DNA of 64,000 nucleotides from Candidatus Zixiibacteriota bacterium. Lineage in GTDB: Bacteria; Zixibacteria; MSB-5A5; GN15; FEB-12. The notes beneath the pieces were generated by a model. The model was not told the DNA's origin, ran no database searches, and worked only from the letters and a program-made list of their open reading frames with translations. Positions 9,147 to 19,384 of the stretch are shown here, piece by piece. Position 1 is the first letter of the stretch; each line of letters begins with the position of its first letter. The position numbers and the translations under genes were made by a program. The stretch is taken from positions 4,322-68,321 of the forward strand of contig JACZWU010000010.1 of the NCBI GenBank assembly GCA_022571985.1. The letters are read 5' to 3'.

Positions 9147-10007
9147 GTGAAATTACATTTAAATCTGCTCTTGTTAATTTTCGCAATTATTTTAATAACA
9201 AGCTGTGATAAAGATCCTATCGGTCCCCCGGGCAATGGCAGTTTTATTTATCCGCTAAAAGTCGGCAATCAATGGGAATACGACAGAACATTTTCATCTT
9301 TTAATTTTAGACCAGATTCTTCAAACGATGATCAATATAATGACATCAATATAACATCTTCAGTAATTATAGAAATCATAAGAAGAGAACCTACTCCTGA
9401 TGCCATTGATGTTTTTGTATTTCAAGAGACACTAAATGAGAATGATAGACCGTTGGTATCCAATTCATTTTATGCCAATCTTGATAGTGGTTTATATTTT
9501 TACGGGAATAGTGGTCCGGCATATGTTACACCGAAAGCTTCTCTTAACAATAGATTTTTATTCAAGGGTAAATATTTCAATAACATTCGAGAGATTACAT
9601 CTTATATAACTAATGCCATCCCCAAAAATTACGTTCTCATAGGTTCTTCAATATCTGAAAATCCCCCTCCAATACAAAGCTTAAAATATCCTATTAATAT
9701 AGGATCACAATGGACATTTAGAAATTCTGGAAACCCATGGCTTATTGATAAAAAGATTATTAACTATGAAAAAGTAACAGTTCCTGTAGGTAGTTTCGTA
9801 TGTATTAAAGTACAATGGCTATTTGATATTGATACCGATAATGTTTGGGACGAGGACATCATATTTTATGATTATATTTGTAAAAAAGGACTTATTAAAA
9901 GATCTATTGTTTTCAAAGATATAATTGCAACTGGAGAGATGAGTCCAGAACCTCTTGGTCTAATAGATGCTAAAGACGAATCAATCCTGACTAAGTTAAC
10001 TTTATAA
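9147..10007 (+). CDS. Lipoprotein of unknown function (AT-rich gene)
   Basis: GTG start. MKLHLNLLLLIFAIILITSCDKD carries a lipobox. The rest is beta-rich and Asn/Ile-rich, with no recognisable catalytic motif. Confidence 0.55.
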   Translation: MKLHLNLLLLIFAIILITSCDKDPIGPPGNGSFIYPLKVGNQWEYDRTFSSFNFRPDSSNDDQYNDINITSSVIIEIIRREPTPDAIDVFVFQETLNENDRPLVSNSFYANLDSGLYFYGNSGPAYVTPKASLNNRFLFKGKYFNNIREITSYITNAIPKNYVLIGSSISENPPPIQSLKYPINIGSQWTFRNSGNPWLIDKKIINYEKVTVPVGSFVCIKVQWLFDIDTDNVWDEDIIFYDYICKKGLIKRSIVFKDIIATGEMSPEPLGLIDAKDESILTKLTL

Positions 10008-10166
10008 ATTCAAATGTTTGTTAGTATCAATAAAGGGTTAACCTGACTAATAAGCTGGGATTGTGAGACACATATTGAACTTTCTTGCAGTCAACTCGAG
10101 CGACCTATAACATGGTAATGTTCATCAACTATCTTCGGATTTCTTCTTGGCTCCATTTCACATCAG

Positions 10167-11045
10167 CTATTCCTCACTGCTACTCCATTTCCTTGGTAAT
10201 CTTCTTCGACCTAGTCTTGCTTCTTCATCCGCATCAATGATTAATCTTCGTAGCGATAGCATTCGTCCATCTGACGATGTCTTGTCAATTAATTTGCCGA
10301 TATCTGCACCATCCAATGGAACTATAGAATACTTTTCCTGCATGTTTTGCAGGGACAAGTGTGTAAGAGCCGTCTGCGTAAAATTCTGCCTCGGAGTCAC
10401 AATCATGAAAATATCTCCCTGTGAAAACGATTCCTTTCTCTCGGAATACGCTTCGATATCTTGGAGGAGAGCCTTTACTCTTAGTTCACTCGGAGGTTGA
10501 TCGCAAACATAGTTTATGCAGACCTCATAGGAATCGTGTAAATTGGCTAGAGTTGCATAGACGTCAGGAACATACTCAATTCCTTCAAGTCCTTTCAAAG
10601 TCGGTCCTATTTCAACCGTGTATCCCCATTCCTCCAGCCATAACTTAAAGAGTTTTTCCAATTTTACATGATTGTAAATTACATCAATTTCGATTGTATC
10701 AGGGTTTAGAGTAGCAAGGTCACGAACTGGAATCTCTAGATAGCGGGCCAGCTTGTCTTCATTGTAAGCGTCCTCATCCGCACCTCCGCTATCGTCACCA
10801 ATCTTCCGAATTAGTTCCGGCACATTCATGTGCCGCTTGAAGTCTTGATCTCTGTCTGCCAAGCGCGTTATCATTTCCTTGACCTTATCTGCAGTTATAC
10901 TTGTAGTTCGTTGAGCAAGACTTGTTATGATTGCACCAACAGTATCTGCTATTACCTTATCAAAGTCCATATGCTCCTCCTTTATGGATTGGTGACTCCC
11001 CTGCCAAGCCTTGTGTCCGTCCACTATCGAATGGACGTACCTCAT
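10167..11045 (-). CDS. Hypothetical protein
   Basis: Long ORF (292 aa) with acidic helical N-terminal half and a mixed C-terminal half. I recognise no motif. It lies next to the outermost tRNA-Gln 3' fragment. Confidence 0.45.
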   Translation of the reverse strand: MRYVHSIVDGHKAWQGSHQSIKEEHMDFDKVIADTVGAIITSLAQRTTSITADKVKEMITRLADRDQDFKRHMNVPELIRKIGDDSGGADEDAYNEDKLARYLEIPVRDLATLNPDTIEIDVIYNHVKLEKLFKLWLEEWGYTVEIGPTLKGLEGIEYVPDVYATLANLHDSYEVCINYVCDQPPSELRVKALLQDIEAYSERKESFSQGDIFMIVTPRQNFTQTALTHLSLQNMQEKYSIVPLDGADIGKLIDKTSSDGRMLSLRRLIIDADEEARLGRRRLPRKWSSSEE

Positions 11046-11113
11046 GAAAATGTATTAGAGTGCTACATTATAAGATGTATTCTTGCAAATTGCAAGGCCT
11101 ATGTAAAGATAAT

Positions 11114-11247
11114 TGGCTGGGAGACAGGGACTCTGAAGGTATCACTGTGTAAGTATATGATAACAAGGTAATTACGTTGCACATCAAATGGTTACATTGA
11201 AAAGAAGTTTCGTATTCTTTTGTATAGTTTTGTCTCTTTTTGTCTGT
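11114..11247. repeat. Outer att-like copy of the tRNA-Gln 3' end (11114-11130, includes the CCA complement) plus ~117-bp arm homologous to 15165-15278
   Basis: tggctgggagacaggga is identical to tRNA positions 47550-47566. The following segment shares gtaagtatatga…gttacat…gtattcttttgt.tagtttt.tctctttttgtctgt with the 15.2 kb copy. Confidence 0.7.
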
Positions 11248-11606
11248 CATGCCTTAATGATCTTCGGCTTTTGGGAGAAACAAAGCTCCCTCTATAGAGC
11301 GACCGACGCACAACAATCTGTGACGAACTCCAAATCTGGGCGCAAGCAGCAAGACATTCGAGTAGAGTCGTCTGCGGGACTAAAATTTCCCTTTGACCGG
11401 ATCGCTATAGTACATATAATTAATTGGATATGCAATTTACCCCAAGCGAAGTAGTAAGCGGAGTTGTAAAAAGATTGAAAGTTGAACAAAGATACTTTTC
11501 TAAAAGTAATGTGACTTATGGGGAGCTTCAAGAAATCTCGAAGCAACATAGTAGTTCTGATATTTTAACTCGAACGACATTTGCGTAGCCAGTGCGGAGT
11601 GATTGA

Positions 11607-13586
11607 ATGAAAGCGAAGAAAAGTGAAACTGAACGATTGAGCGATTTATCTCGTGTTTCAGATGAAGGCGAAATTTACCAGCCACCAGCTTGGGCGGGTG
11701 AAACCGGCACTCCCAGCATGTCAGTCTATCTGAAGCGCTGGAAATATTCCGTGGAGGATCCTGAAGGATTCTGGGGTGAGTTGGCTCGGGAATTGGTCTG
11801 GGAAAAGAAATACGAAAAAGTCCTGGAGTGGAATCGTCCCCATGCTCGCTGGTTCGTCGGCGGAAAACTAAACGCCTCCGTGCAATGTCTCGACAAACAT
11901 CTCAACACCCCGGTAGCCGAGAAGACTGCGCTAGTCTGGATAGGTGAACCCGGCGAAAAGAAAACGCTGAGTTACCGTGACCTCTACACTTTGGTCAACA
12001 AACTCGCCTCCGGGTTGAAGAAACTCGGAGTAAAACGCGGTGACCGGGTCGCCATTTATATGCCAATGCTCCCTGAATTGCCCATCGCCTGCTTGGCCTG
12101 CGCCAGAATCGGTGCCATTCACAGTGTCGTGTTTGCAGGCTTCGCTCCTCAATCACTACGAGACAGAATCGATGATTGTGGTGCCAGTGTGGTAATAACG
12201 TCTGATGGTGGTTGGAGACGTGGCTCAAAAATGCTAGTAAAAGATATTGTCGATAGTGCGGTGGACGGCTCGCAAACTATTACAAATGTCGTGGTAGTAA
12301 AGCGAGGCGGTGATGTGTTTTCTCATGAGATGAAGCAAGGTCGGGACGTTTATTATGAAAACTTAGTAGCTGACGGCGATGAGTTTGTTGCGCCAGAGCC
12401 GATGGACTCCGAAGACCCGCTCTTCATTCTTTATACTTCCGGTACAACCGGAAAACCTAAGGGAATTTTCCATACACATGCGGGATACCTTCTGGGAACG
12501 CTTGTCAGTTCCCGCGAGGTATTTGATTTGCGGGATAATGATATTTTTTGGTGCACGGCTGACATTGGCTGGATCACTGGCCATAGTTATGTGATTTACG
12601 GCCCGATGCAGAATGGGGCTACGCAAATCATGTACGAGGGCGCCCCGAATTATCCTAACCCGGACCGTTTCTGGGAAATTGTCGAACAAGAAAAAGTCAC
12701 CATCTTCTATACCGCACCAACGGCTATTCGCGCGTTTATGAGTTGGGGAGACAAGTGGATCAAGCCACGAGACCTGTCTTCACTGCGGCTCCTGGGCACT
12801 GTCGGGGAACCCATCAATCCTGAAGTCTGGCGCTGGTACCACAAGACAATTGGTGCCGAACGTTGCCCGATTGTTGACACTTGGTGGCAGACTGAAACCG
12901 GATCGATCTCAATCACTCCTTTGCCCGGCTCAACTCCAACTAAACCTGGCTCAGCAACTCTACCTTTCTATGGAATCGATGCAGTCGTACTGGATGAAAG
13001 TGGCGCAGAATTAAGTGAAGGCGGCGGCCTATTGGCGATTAGAAAACCGTGGCCCGCTATGATGCGTGGAATATGGGGTGATGAACAGCGATATATAGAT
13101 ACATACTGGTCTCGCTGGGAAGGTAAATACTATTTCGCCGGGGATGCCGCCTATCGTGACAAAGACGGTTACTTTTGGATTGTGGGAAGAGTTGATGACG
13201 TCGTGAATGTGTCTGGTCATCGCATCGGTACTGCCGAACTAGAGAGCGCGTTTATAGAACATGAAGCGGTTATTGAAGCCGCAGTAGTTGGAGTCCCGCA
13301 TAAAATCAAAGGAGAGGGACTCGTCGGCTTCGTTAGTCTGCGAGAGGGAGAACAACATACCGAAGAACTTGCCGAGGAGCTGAGGGAATGGATCGCCAAG
13401 AAAATCGGAAAATTCGCGAGACCAGAGCGAGTGATGTTCGTTGATGATCTACCCAAAACAAGGTCGGGGAAAATTATTCGTCGTCTCTTGCGTAATATCG
13501 CTACCGGACGAGAGCTTGGAGATGTTACAACCTTAGCTGACGCATCGACTTTAGAAAAACTGCGCCAGCAGTACCAAGAAGAGTGA
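11607..13586 (+). CDS. acs: Acetyl-CoA synthetase (acetate--CoA ligase)
   Basis: 659 aa. Motifs seen: …PEGFWGELA…, AMP-binding motif YTSGTTGKPKG, …WWQTETG…, …YFAGDAAYRDKDGYFWIVGRVDDVVNVSGHRIGTAELE…, C-terminal …PKTRSGKIIRRLLR. GGAG RBS lies 7 nt upstream. Confidence 0.92.
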   Translation: MKAKKSETERLSDLSRVSDEGEIYQPPAWAGETGTPSMSVYLKRWKYSVEDPEGFWGELARELVWEKKYEKVLEWNRPHARWFVGGKLNASVQCLDKHLNTPVAEKTALVWIGEPGEKKTLSYRDLYTLVNKLASGLKKLGVKRGDRVAIYMPMLPELPIACLACARIGAIHSVVFAGFAPQSLRDRIDDCGASVVITSDGGWRRGSKMLVKDIVDSAVDGSQTITNVVVVKRGGDVFSHEMKQGRDVYYENLVADGDEFVAPEPMDSEDPLFILYTSGTTGKPKGIFHTHAGYLLGTLVSSREVFDLRDNDIFWCTADIGWITGHSYVIYGPMQNGATQIMYEGAPNYPNPDRFWEIVEQEKVTIFYTAPTAIRAFMSWGDKWIKPRDLSSLRLLGTVGEPINPEVWRWYHKTIGAERCPIVDTWWQTETGSISITPLPGSTPTKPGSATLPFYGIDAVVLDESGAELSEGGGLLAIRKPWPAMMRGIWGDEQRYIDTYWSRWEGKYYFAGDAAYRDKDGYFWIVGRVDDVVNVSGHRIGTAELESAFIEHEAVIEAAVVGVPHKIKGEGLVGFVSLREGEQHTEELAEELREWIAKKIGKFARPERVMFVDDLPKTRSGKIIRRLLRNIATGRELGDVTTLADASTLEKLRQQYQEE

Positions 13587-13848
13587 CAAGCGCATCGCCT
13601 ACAATCAAGGATGGCTCTTCGATTGAAATGGTTTTTACTTGCGCTGAACAGAAAAATTCATTCGAACTACCTGCTCTAATACTACGCACGTAACATGGTT
13701 AAACAAAATGCGTTACGATTGGACGTTGTGAATTGTGCCAAAACGTGTCAAGTTATAATCCGGGTTAAACCAAAACTGTTCAAAACTTTCTATTTGACCA
13801 GACAAAAGCCAGGAAGAGGATTATTCCAGAACTACATATTTTCGCAAC

Positions 13849-15036
13849 TTGACTCGTTATGAGATGTGCAGTTATATTGATACAATGACTTCTATGAATA
13901 GATTGGTTTTGCACGCCTGCCTTTTGGTACTCCTCGTTCAGCTCTTAGTACGGGAGATTGCATATTCTGACCCGTCTCAAAACGTCCTGCATTCGACCAC
14001 TGAAGAAATTTCTTATGATGACGGTCCCCATGTGTATTGGCGGGACGACTCTACTGCAGTTGTTCTCTATTTCATCGATGGGGAATTTATTCGCAGGGAG
14101 CTTCCCTATCAGCCGCATCTGACATTCAATGGATTCGCGTGGGACGATACTATTACTTACACTTTACATCCTCAGCTCGACAGGCAGAAGCCAGAAATTA
14201 TGAGCGGAGTCTCTCGAATTCTGGCAATGAGTGATATTCATGGCGAGTATGAGTATTTCGTTGAAATTTTACAGAAAATCAATATGATCGATAGCGCCCG
14301 CCACTGGACTTGGGGAAACGGCCACTTAGTGATTGTTGGCGATGTATTCGATCGAGGAGACCGAGTCACCGAGTGTCTCTGGCTTATCTATCAACTTGAG
14401 CTTGAGGCCAAAGCCGCAGGAGGTGCTGTGCATTACTTACTGGGGAATCATGAGCTGATGGTTCTGCGCGGCGATCTGCGCTATGTGAACGAAAAGTATC
14501 TCGGCGGCATTTCCAGACGGAACCGAATCAATTACGCTGATCTCTTTGGGCCAGACATGGAGCTGGGTCGCTGGCTGCGCTCAAAGAACACTATAGTCCG
14601 GCTCAATGATATTCTGTTTATGCATGGTGGTCTTTCTCCGGCGATGATTGACAGCGCGTTCAGCATCTCAGAGGTAAATCATCGAATGCGGGAATTAATC
14701 GACCTTCCGGCGCCAGAGTTATTGTTTAATCAACGGTCAATGTTTCTCACGAAGAGTTTGGGACCGCTTTGGTATCGTGGGTATCACCTTGCGATGGAGG
14801 GCAGTTATGAACAGGCGACAACTGCGGAGGTAGACCGTGTTCTAAAGTATTTTGAAGCCGACGCTGTTGTCGTTGGACACACAGGTGTTGACAGTGTGTT
14901 GAGTTTATATGACTCTCGCGTGTTCGCTGTGGATATACCCTTTGAGGAAATTCATTCACTTGAAGCGCTGTTGTGGAATGACAGCGGTTATTATCGTGTT
15001 ACCGGTTCAGGCGAATTGCGCCCCCTACGACCCTAG
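13849..15036 (+). CDS. Secreted metallophosphoesterase (calcineurin-like phosphoesterase family)
   Basis: Motifs seen: ILAMSDIHGEYEYF, VIVGDVFDRGDRVTE, LLGNHELM, MHGG, VVGH. The signal-peptide-like segment (MNRLVLHACLLVLLVQLL) suggests the true start is an internal ATG at 13864, 13885 or 13894. Confidence 0.8.
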   Translation: MTRYEMCSYIDTMTSMNRLVLHACLLVLLVQLLVREIAYSDPSQNVLHSTTEEISYDDGPHVYWRDDSTAVVLYFIDGEFIRRELPYQPHLTFNGFAWDDTITYTLHPQLDRQKPEIMSGVSRILAMSDIHGEYEYFVEILQKINMIDSARHWTWGNGHLVIVGDVFDRGDRVTECLWLIYQLELEAKAAGGAVHYLLGNHELMVLRGDLRYVNEKYLGGISRRNRINYADLFGPDMELGRWLRSKNTIVRLNDILFMHGGLSPAMIDSAFSISEVNHRMRELIDLPAPELLFNQRSMFLTKSLGPLWYRGYHLAMEGSYEQATTAEVDRVLKYFEADAVVVGHTGVDSVLSLYDSRVFAVDIPFEEIHSLEALLWNDSGYYRVTGSGELRPLRP

Positions 15037-15146
15037 TATATGTAGGTCGTACAAAAGATTCGAATCCTACCGGAAAAGAAACAACCATAAAGAAGCCTGT
15101 CACCTTTTGGGCATATTGGGGTGTAAGTCCTTGTTCCGCAACGTAA

Positions 15147-15278
15147 GCTGGGAGACAGGGATTCTAAGAGCGTATTAGCGTAAGTATATGACTACGAGGC
15201 AATTGCACTGGGGCTCAAGATGTTACATCAAATAATACTTTTGTATTCTTTTGTCTAGTTTTATCTCTTTTTGTCTGT
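15147..15278. repeat. Distal att site of the 32-kb island: 18-bp direct repeat of the tRNA-Gln 3' end (15147-15164) plus arm homologous to 11131-11247
   Basis: gctgggagacagggattc is identical to 47553-47567+ of the tRNA gene. The arm similarity is described under 11114-11247. Confidence 0.8.
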
Positions 15279-15290
15279 TTTGACCAACGA

Positions 15291-15312
15291 TTGGCACAAA
15301 ATAGGCACAAAA
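15291..15312 (-). promoter_or_regulatory. Tandem 11-bp-phased TGTGCC(A/T)A sites (left arm of island)
   Basis: Plus strand reads ttggcacaaaataggcacaaaa. The reverse complement is ttttgtgcctattttgtgccaa. It has the same architecture as 47457-47480, 26514-26537 and 32649-32670. Confidence 0.55.
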
Positions 15313-15569
15313 ACAACTGCACTATCAAAGCATCTATTCGGAACAGAAGCGCTAATTCGAGTTCAACCAAGCTCCACCGCGAGGACGTTATTCGAACTAT
15401 TAAGATCCTGATTAGTTACTTCTTTGGGGTTACTTAGGGCTATAGTTAGCATCTTTTCTTTCAGAAGTTCTTCTCGCAAGCAAGTGGGTTGGGGGTCAGC
15501 ACAAGTTGAGAAATCAGACAAAGTTGGGCTTGTGCGACTCATTCAAGACAATCCTTGTACTGATCAATC

Positions 15570-16388
15570 TTACTTTTGCACTGGCGCTTTGATAAATTCA
15601 TTGATAATTCCATTCAAGAGTTCTGGTCTCTCATCAAGAACGTAATGTGATGACCCGGGGACCACGCAAAGTTGCGCATTTGGAATGGATTCAAAAAGCT
15701 CAACCGTATGATCTAATTTAATGATATCGCCATCGCCTACAACTAACAAAGTTGGTACTTTTATGCTAGTCAGTTGCTCTTGGCTGATATTTGGAGCTGA
15801 CAACCACATTGTTTTTACTTTCTCAAAAAATATGGAAAAGTGATGAGGATCCGGAGCAAGGCTCTCATAATTCTCAATAATATTTCGCCCTGCTGTCTCC
15901 GCTGTCATTCGGCTGATCATATCCATGTAATCGTCCTTAGTACCCTCTGGGCGGGAATTTGAACCGATGGCAATTAATTTCCTGATTCTTTCAGGATACG
16001 AAATTGCCATGATTAGGCCGGTATTTCCTCCATCACTCTTGCCCACTACATAGACACTATCAATTCCCAAATGATCAAGAAGCTTAAACATATCATCAGC
16101 CATTAGCTGATAACTAATAAGCTGGTCTCCGTCACTTGTTCTGCCATGACCTCTACTATCAGGTGTGATTACACTATACTCTTTGGCAAAGAAATCCACT
16201 TGACTCTTGAATGAATCGGATGAACCCATTCCGCCGTGGAGAAGTAGAAGAGGTTCTCCCTCGCCGTAAAGCCTGTAGAAAATTCGTATTCCATTGATCT
16301 TTGCGTACTGGCCTGTGGTTCTGGTTGTTGTACAAAATCCAAGTCCAGCCAAAATAAGAACAAGAAAAACAAAAGGAGCCATCTTCAT
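15570..16388 (-). CDS. Secreted alpha/beta-fold hydrolase
   Basis: N-terminal signal sequence. HGG oxyanion motif in LLLLHGGMGSS. Nucleophile elbow GKSDGG (G-x-S-x-G). C-terminal …VVPGSSHYVLDERPE… supplies the catalytic His. Confidence 0.8.
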   Translation of the reverse strand: MKMAPFVFLVLILAGLGFCTTTRTTGQYAKINGIRIFYRLYGEGEPLLLLHGGMGSSDSFKSQVDFFAKEYSVITPDSRGHGRTSDGDQLISYQLMADDMFKLLDHLGIDSVYVVGKSDGGNTGLIMAISYPERIRKLIAIGSNSRPEGTKDDYMDMISRMTAETAGRNIIENYESLAPDPHHFSIFFEKVKTMWLSAPNISQEQLTSIKVPTLLVVGDGDIIKLDHTVELFESIPNAQLCVVPGSSHYVLDERPELLNGIINEFIKAPVQK

Positions 16389-17046
16389 CAGATTGCCTTC
16401 ATCAAATTCCCCGCTGACTTCAATTTTCTCAGGCTTGAAGCTACGAACCTATTTAGCTTCAATACTATTCAGCAATAAAATTATTATTCAATTCAAACTT
16501 TTCTTCATATCAAACGAGATGAATTGCGAAATATTCTTGCACCGATTGTAAAATTAATTCTGCTATCGCTGGAGTCAAGTAATACTTTGACCATGTTGCA
16601 TTTTCGGCGACAAACATTATTTTCTGTCCACATTTTTCCACCAAAATTAATCCTCAGGTCCAAGCCCATAGAACAGGTCACTGCTGTACGTAAGATAATA
16701 TCAGTACATTTGCTCCAACTGGAATCGCTCTAAGAGTGCGAATAAAGACAAGTCACAGAGTAGTAAATAAGCCTCATTCAGCTAGAAATAAGACTGGCGA
16801 AAAATTCCATTCCCATGAAATTTTGGACTTGAAAGTAGCTTCTGCTAAAGTAGAGAGGCTTTTTTACCGATTACGATAAGAAGTAATGTAACCTGTACTC
16901 CAACAGCCCGGTTTGAATTTAGTTAAGCAGGAGATTTCAATGGATTCTCGGAAAAATTTGATTGACTTGCCTTGACGATAGGCACATTGTGGAACTCAGC
17001 ACGTCTTTTGGAGTTTATAAAAGAGTAGGTTAGATTGAAATAGGCT

Positions 17047-17646
17047 ATGGTTACTCCTCGAAACATATTTACGCGTTTGCGGCAATCCTATATTATATAC
17101 GTGTTCTTTTCCCTATCCTTGGGATTACTCATATTCTCCAACGCAGAACCGAATGTTTGTGGACATTGTAGCCGTCTGGCGACTGATACATTGAATTCTG
17201 AGCAAGTATGTTCAAACATCGTGGTTGCCGCAGAAGAACAGAATACGGCTGTTCATGGTCATGGTAACCATGACGGCAGCCATCACGGCGAACATATTGT
17301 GCGCTGTGGTTGTGATGAAACGCACGCCGGATTCTGTGGAGTCACTGGTAAAGAGCCTTTTTCCCAAAAGAAAACTTGTCAGGAGACTGGCCGGCACCAG
17401 CAGTGCGAATGTAAGTCGGGTGATCAGTCATATCCGGCAAACTGTGAGCGCTTTCAGAGCACTCCACCAAAAAGAGAAAATGTTTCTGCTAAAAGCTTTC
17501 CTTTATATACTAGTATTTCCTTTATCAGATCGACTGATATTAAAGTTGGGCTTGATTTAGTTTCTCTGCGATGTCATTCGCCCACTACGTTGACAAGTCG
17601 GCCTACAGCTATGTCCGGTCTCGGAACCCAAGAATTGCTCTGTTGA
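17047..17646 (+). CDS. Membrane-anchored Cys/His-rich protein, putative metal-binding, upstream of the efflux operon
   Basis: One N-terminal hydrophobic helix, then CGHC, HGHGNHDGSHHGEH, RCGCDETHAGFCG and CECKSG clusters. Coding status is uncertain because competing ORFs overlap it. Confidence 0.4.
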   Translation: MVTPRNIFTRLRQSYIIYVFFSLSLGLLIFSNAEPNVCGHCSRLATDTLNSEQVCSNIVVAAEEQNTAVHGHGNHDGSHHGEHIVRCGCDETHAGFCGVTGKEPFSQKKTCQETGRHQQCECKSGDQSYPANCERFQSTPPKRENVSAKSFPLYTSISFIRSTDIKVGLDLVSLRCHSPTTLTSRPTAMSGLGTQELLC

Positions 17647-18019
17647 GTTAATTTTTCACATATACAATTTATTTGCATCTGGAATTCCAGCTACATCTAT
17701 TGCATCGTTGTGACTATGTCATGACAATATGAGCTTGTCTTTATCGGCAACTAGATGTTCAGCGGTTATTGTCCTGGACTTCCAGAAGATTTCTGTGACC
17801 TTCATGGGATAATTGTAGTGCACTTAAGAATACACAGCATGTATTCTTCTTCTGCACAAAGGTCATTGAGGGGTAACGAAGAGAGCAATAGTAGAAAAAG
17901 AGAAATGGAAGCTATGGAAACATTGTTTGGAAACGAGAGTCAAAAATCGATCGGAAGTCGCCCTGAGGCTGGATCAGCCTTGTCAGGCACTTTCGATCAA
18001 GATTGGAAGAGGCATTGAG

Positions 18020-19384
18020 ATGAAACGAAAAGTGCTGCTTGAGATTGTTATCTCCACGGTTGTTTTGATAACCCCAGTACTGGCCTCAAGTCAGGACATT
18101 ATCGACAAGAGCTCTGGATTGTCCGGCCAGTTGGAGAATTCCGAATTCTATTCCAACTCCATTATCAAGCTGACTCTTGATGAGGCGGTTCAGCTTGCGC
18201 TCAGGCAAAATCCCGATCTGCTGGCCATACGAGAAAAAACAGGACTGGCTCGTGCCAGAGCAGCAATCACCAGGCAAAGCACTTATGATCCTCGATTTGA
18301 ATTAGAATATGAAGGCGATAAATACACCGCCAATGAAGGCGTTCGGGACTTGCAGCTGGGTTTGGCTTTGACTTTTGAGTTACGCGGTCAAAAAGGGTGG
18401 CGCAAACGAATCGGCAAAAGCGGAGTGCTGAGCGCTGCCGGAAGGCTGAAACAGGCTGAGTGGAACCTGCGATCAAGGGTCAAGGTGGCCTACTATGGGT
18501 TGCAGTTCCTTAAGCAAAATATAGAACTCGCCGGAAAACGGCTTGAAGTAACTCAGCGATTAATGGAGGTCGCCGAAGCCCGGCTCAGAAGTCAGCAGAT
18601 TCCCGAGCTGCAGGTGAATTTCGTGCGACTTGAATATCACCAGGCCTCAAACGCATTCAGGCGAATCTCCGGACAACTGCCGCTTGAGCATGCCAGATTT
18701 GCCAGGCTTTTGGGACTGCCAAGCGGGGCCCGATTTAATACAGCCGGAGAATTTTTGCCGCGCGAAACAAAGGAATTAAATGATACTACTCTACTGCAAA
18801 GGGCAATCACTTCCCGGGGAGACCTTGCCTCTTTGCGTGCGGAATTACAGGGAGCCGAAGCTCAAGTCCGTCTCGAAAAAGCGTTAATCTGGCCGGGCGC
18901 AGATGTAGAGTTTTTCTACAGGCAATCAGACGATCTGGCCGGGTCTGGAGCAACTCAGCAGATCAATCGAGACCGATTTTTTGGACTGAAACTGAGCATG
19001 CCACTTCCGATTTTAAGCTGGAGGTCCGGGCAAATCCGTGAGGCCGAGTCTGAGGTTAAAATAATTCAGGCGCGTCTCAATGCTCTCGGTCGCGAAATTC
19101 TGGTGGAAGTTAGTGAAGTGGCACAGCTGGTCCGTGTTTTAAGGGAAATCCTTCAAGTTTATAAGGACGAGCTTTCCATACTTTCAGAGCAGAACCTGGC
19201 CGACATCGAACGAGCATTCGTAGCTGGCGAGGTGGGAATGACACAGGTCTTAAGGGCTCAGGATGATTTTGTCGAAGTTACCCAAAATTACTACGAAATC
19301 CAGTACGAATACCTTGAAGCTGAAGCTAAACTGGAGGCTATTGTCGGCCCTCCGCTTTCTGATTCCGGGCGAGGAGCTCAATAA
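18020..19384 (+). CDS. TolC-family outer-membrane efflux protein (CzcC/CusC-like)
   Basis: Track ORF starts at 17927. The ATG at 18020 gives MKRKVLLEIVISTVVLITPVLASSQD (signal peptide) with GGAAGAGG upstream. The two-repeat coiled-coil/beta pattern is typical of OEP family (…LTLDEAVQLALRQNPDL…). Its stop overlaps the next gene's ATG (TAATG). Confidence 0.8.
   Translation: MKRKVLLEIVISTVVLITPVLASSQDIIDKSSGLSGQLENSEFYSNSIIKLTLDEAVQLALRQNPDLLAIREKTGLARARAAITRQSTYDPRFELEYEGDKYTANEGVRDLQLGLALTFELRGQKGWRKRIGKSGVLSAAGRLKQAEWNLRSRVKVAYYGLQFLKQNIELAGKRLEVTQRLMEVAEARLRSQQIPELQVNFVRLEYHQASNAFRRISGQLPLEHARFARLLGLPSGARFNTAGEFLPRETKELNDTTLLQRAITSRGDLASLRAELQGAEAQVRLEKALIWPGADVEFFYRQSDDLAGSGATQQINRDRFFGLKLSMPLPILSWRSGQIREAESEVKIIQARLNALGREILVEVSEVAQLVRVLREILQVYKDELSILSEQNLADIERAFVAGEVGMTQVLRAQDDFVEVTQNYYEIQYEYLEAEAKLEAIVGPPLSDSGRGAQ

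Noticed and set aside
11188-11454. 88-aa ORF overlapping the att-arm repeat.
   Set aside because: It starts inside the conserved non-coding arm shared with 15.2 kb, where the corresponding frame is not open. It has no RBS.
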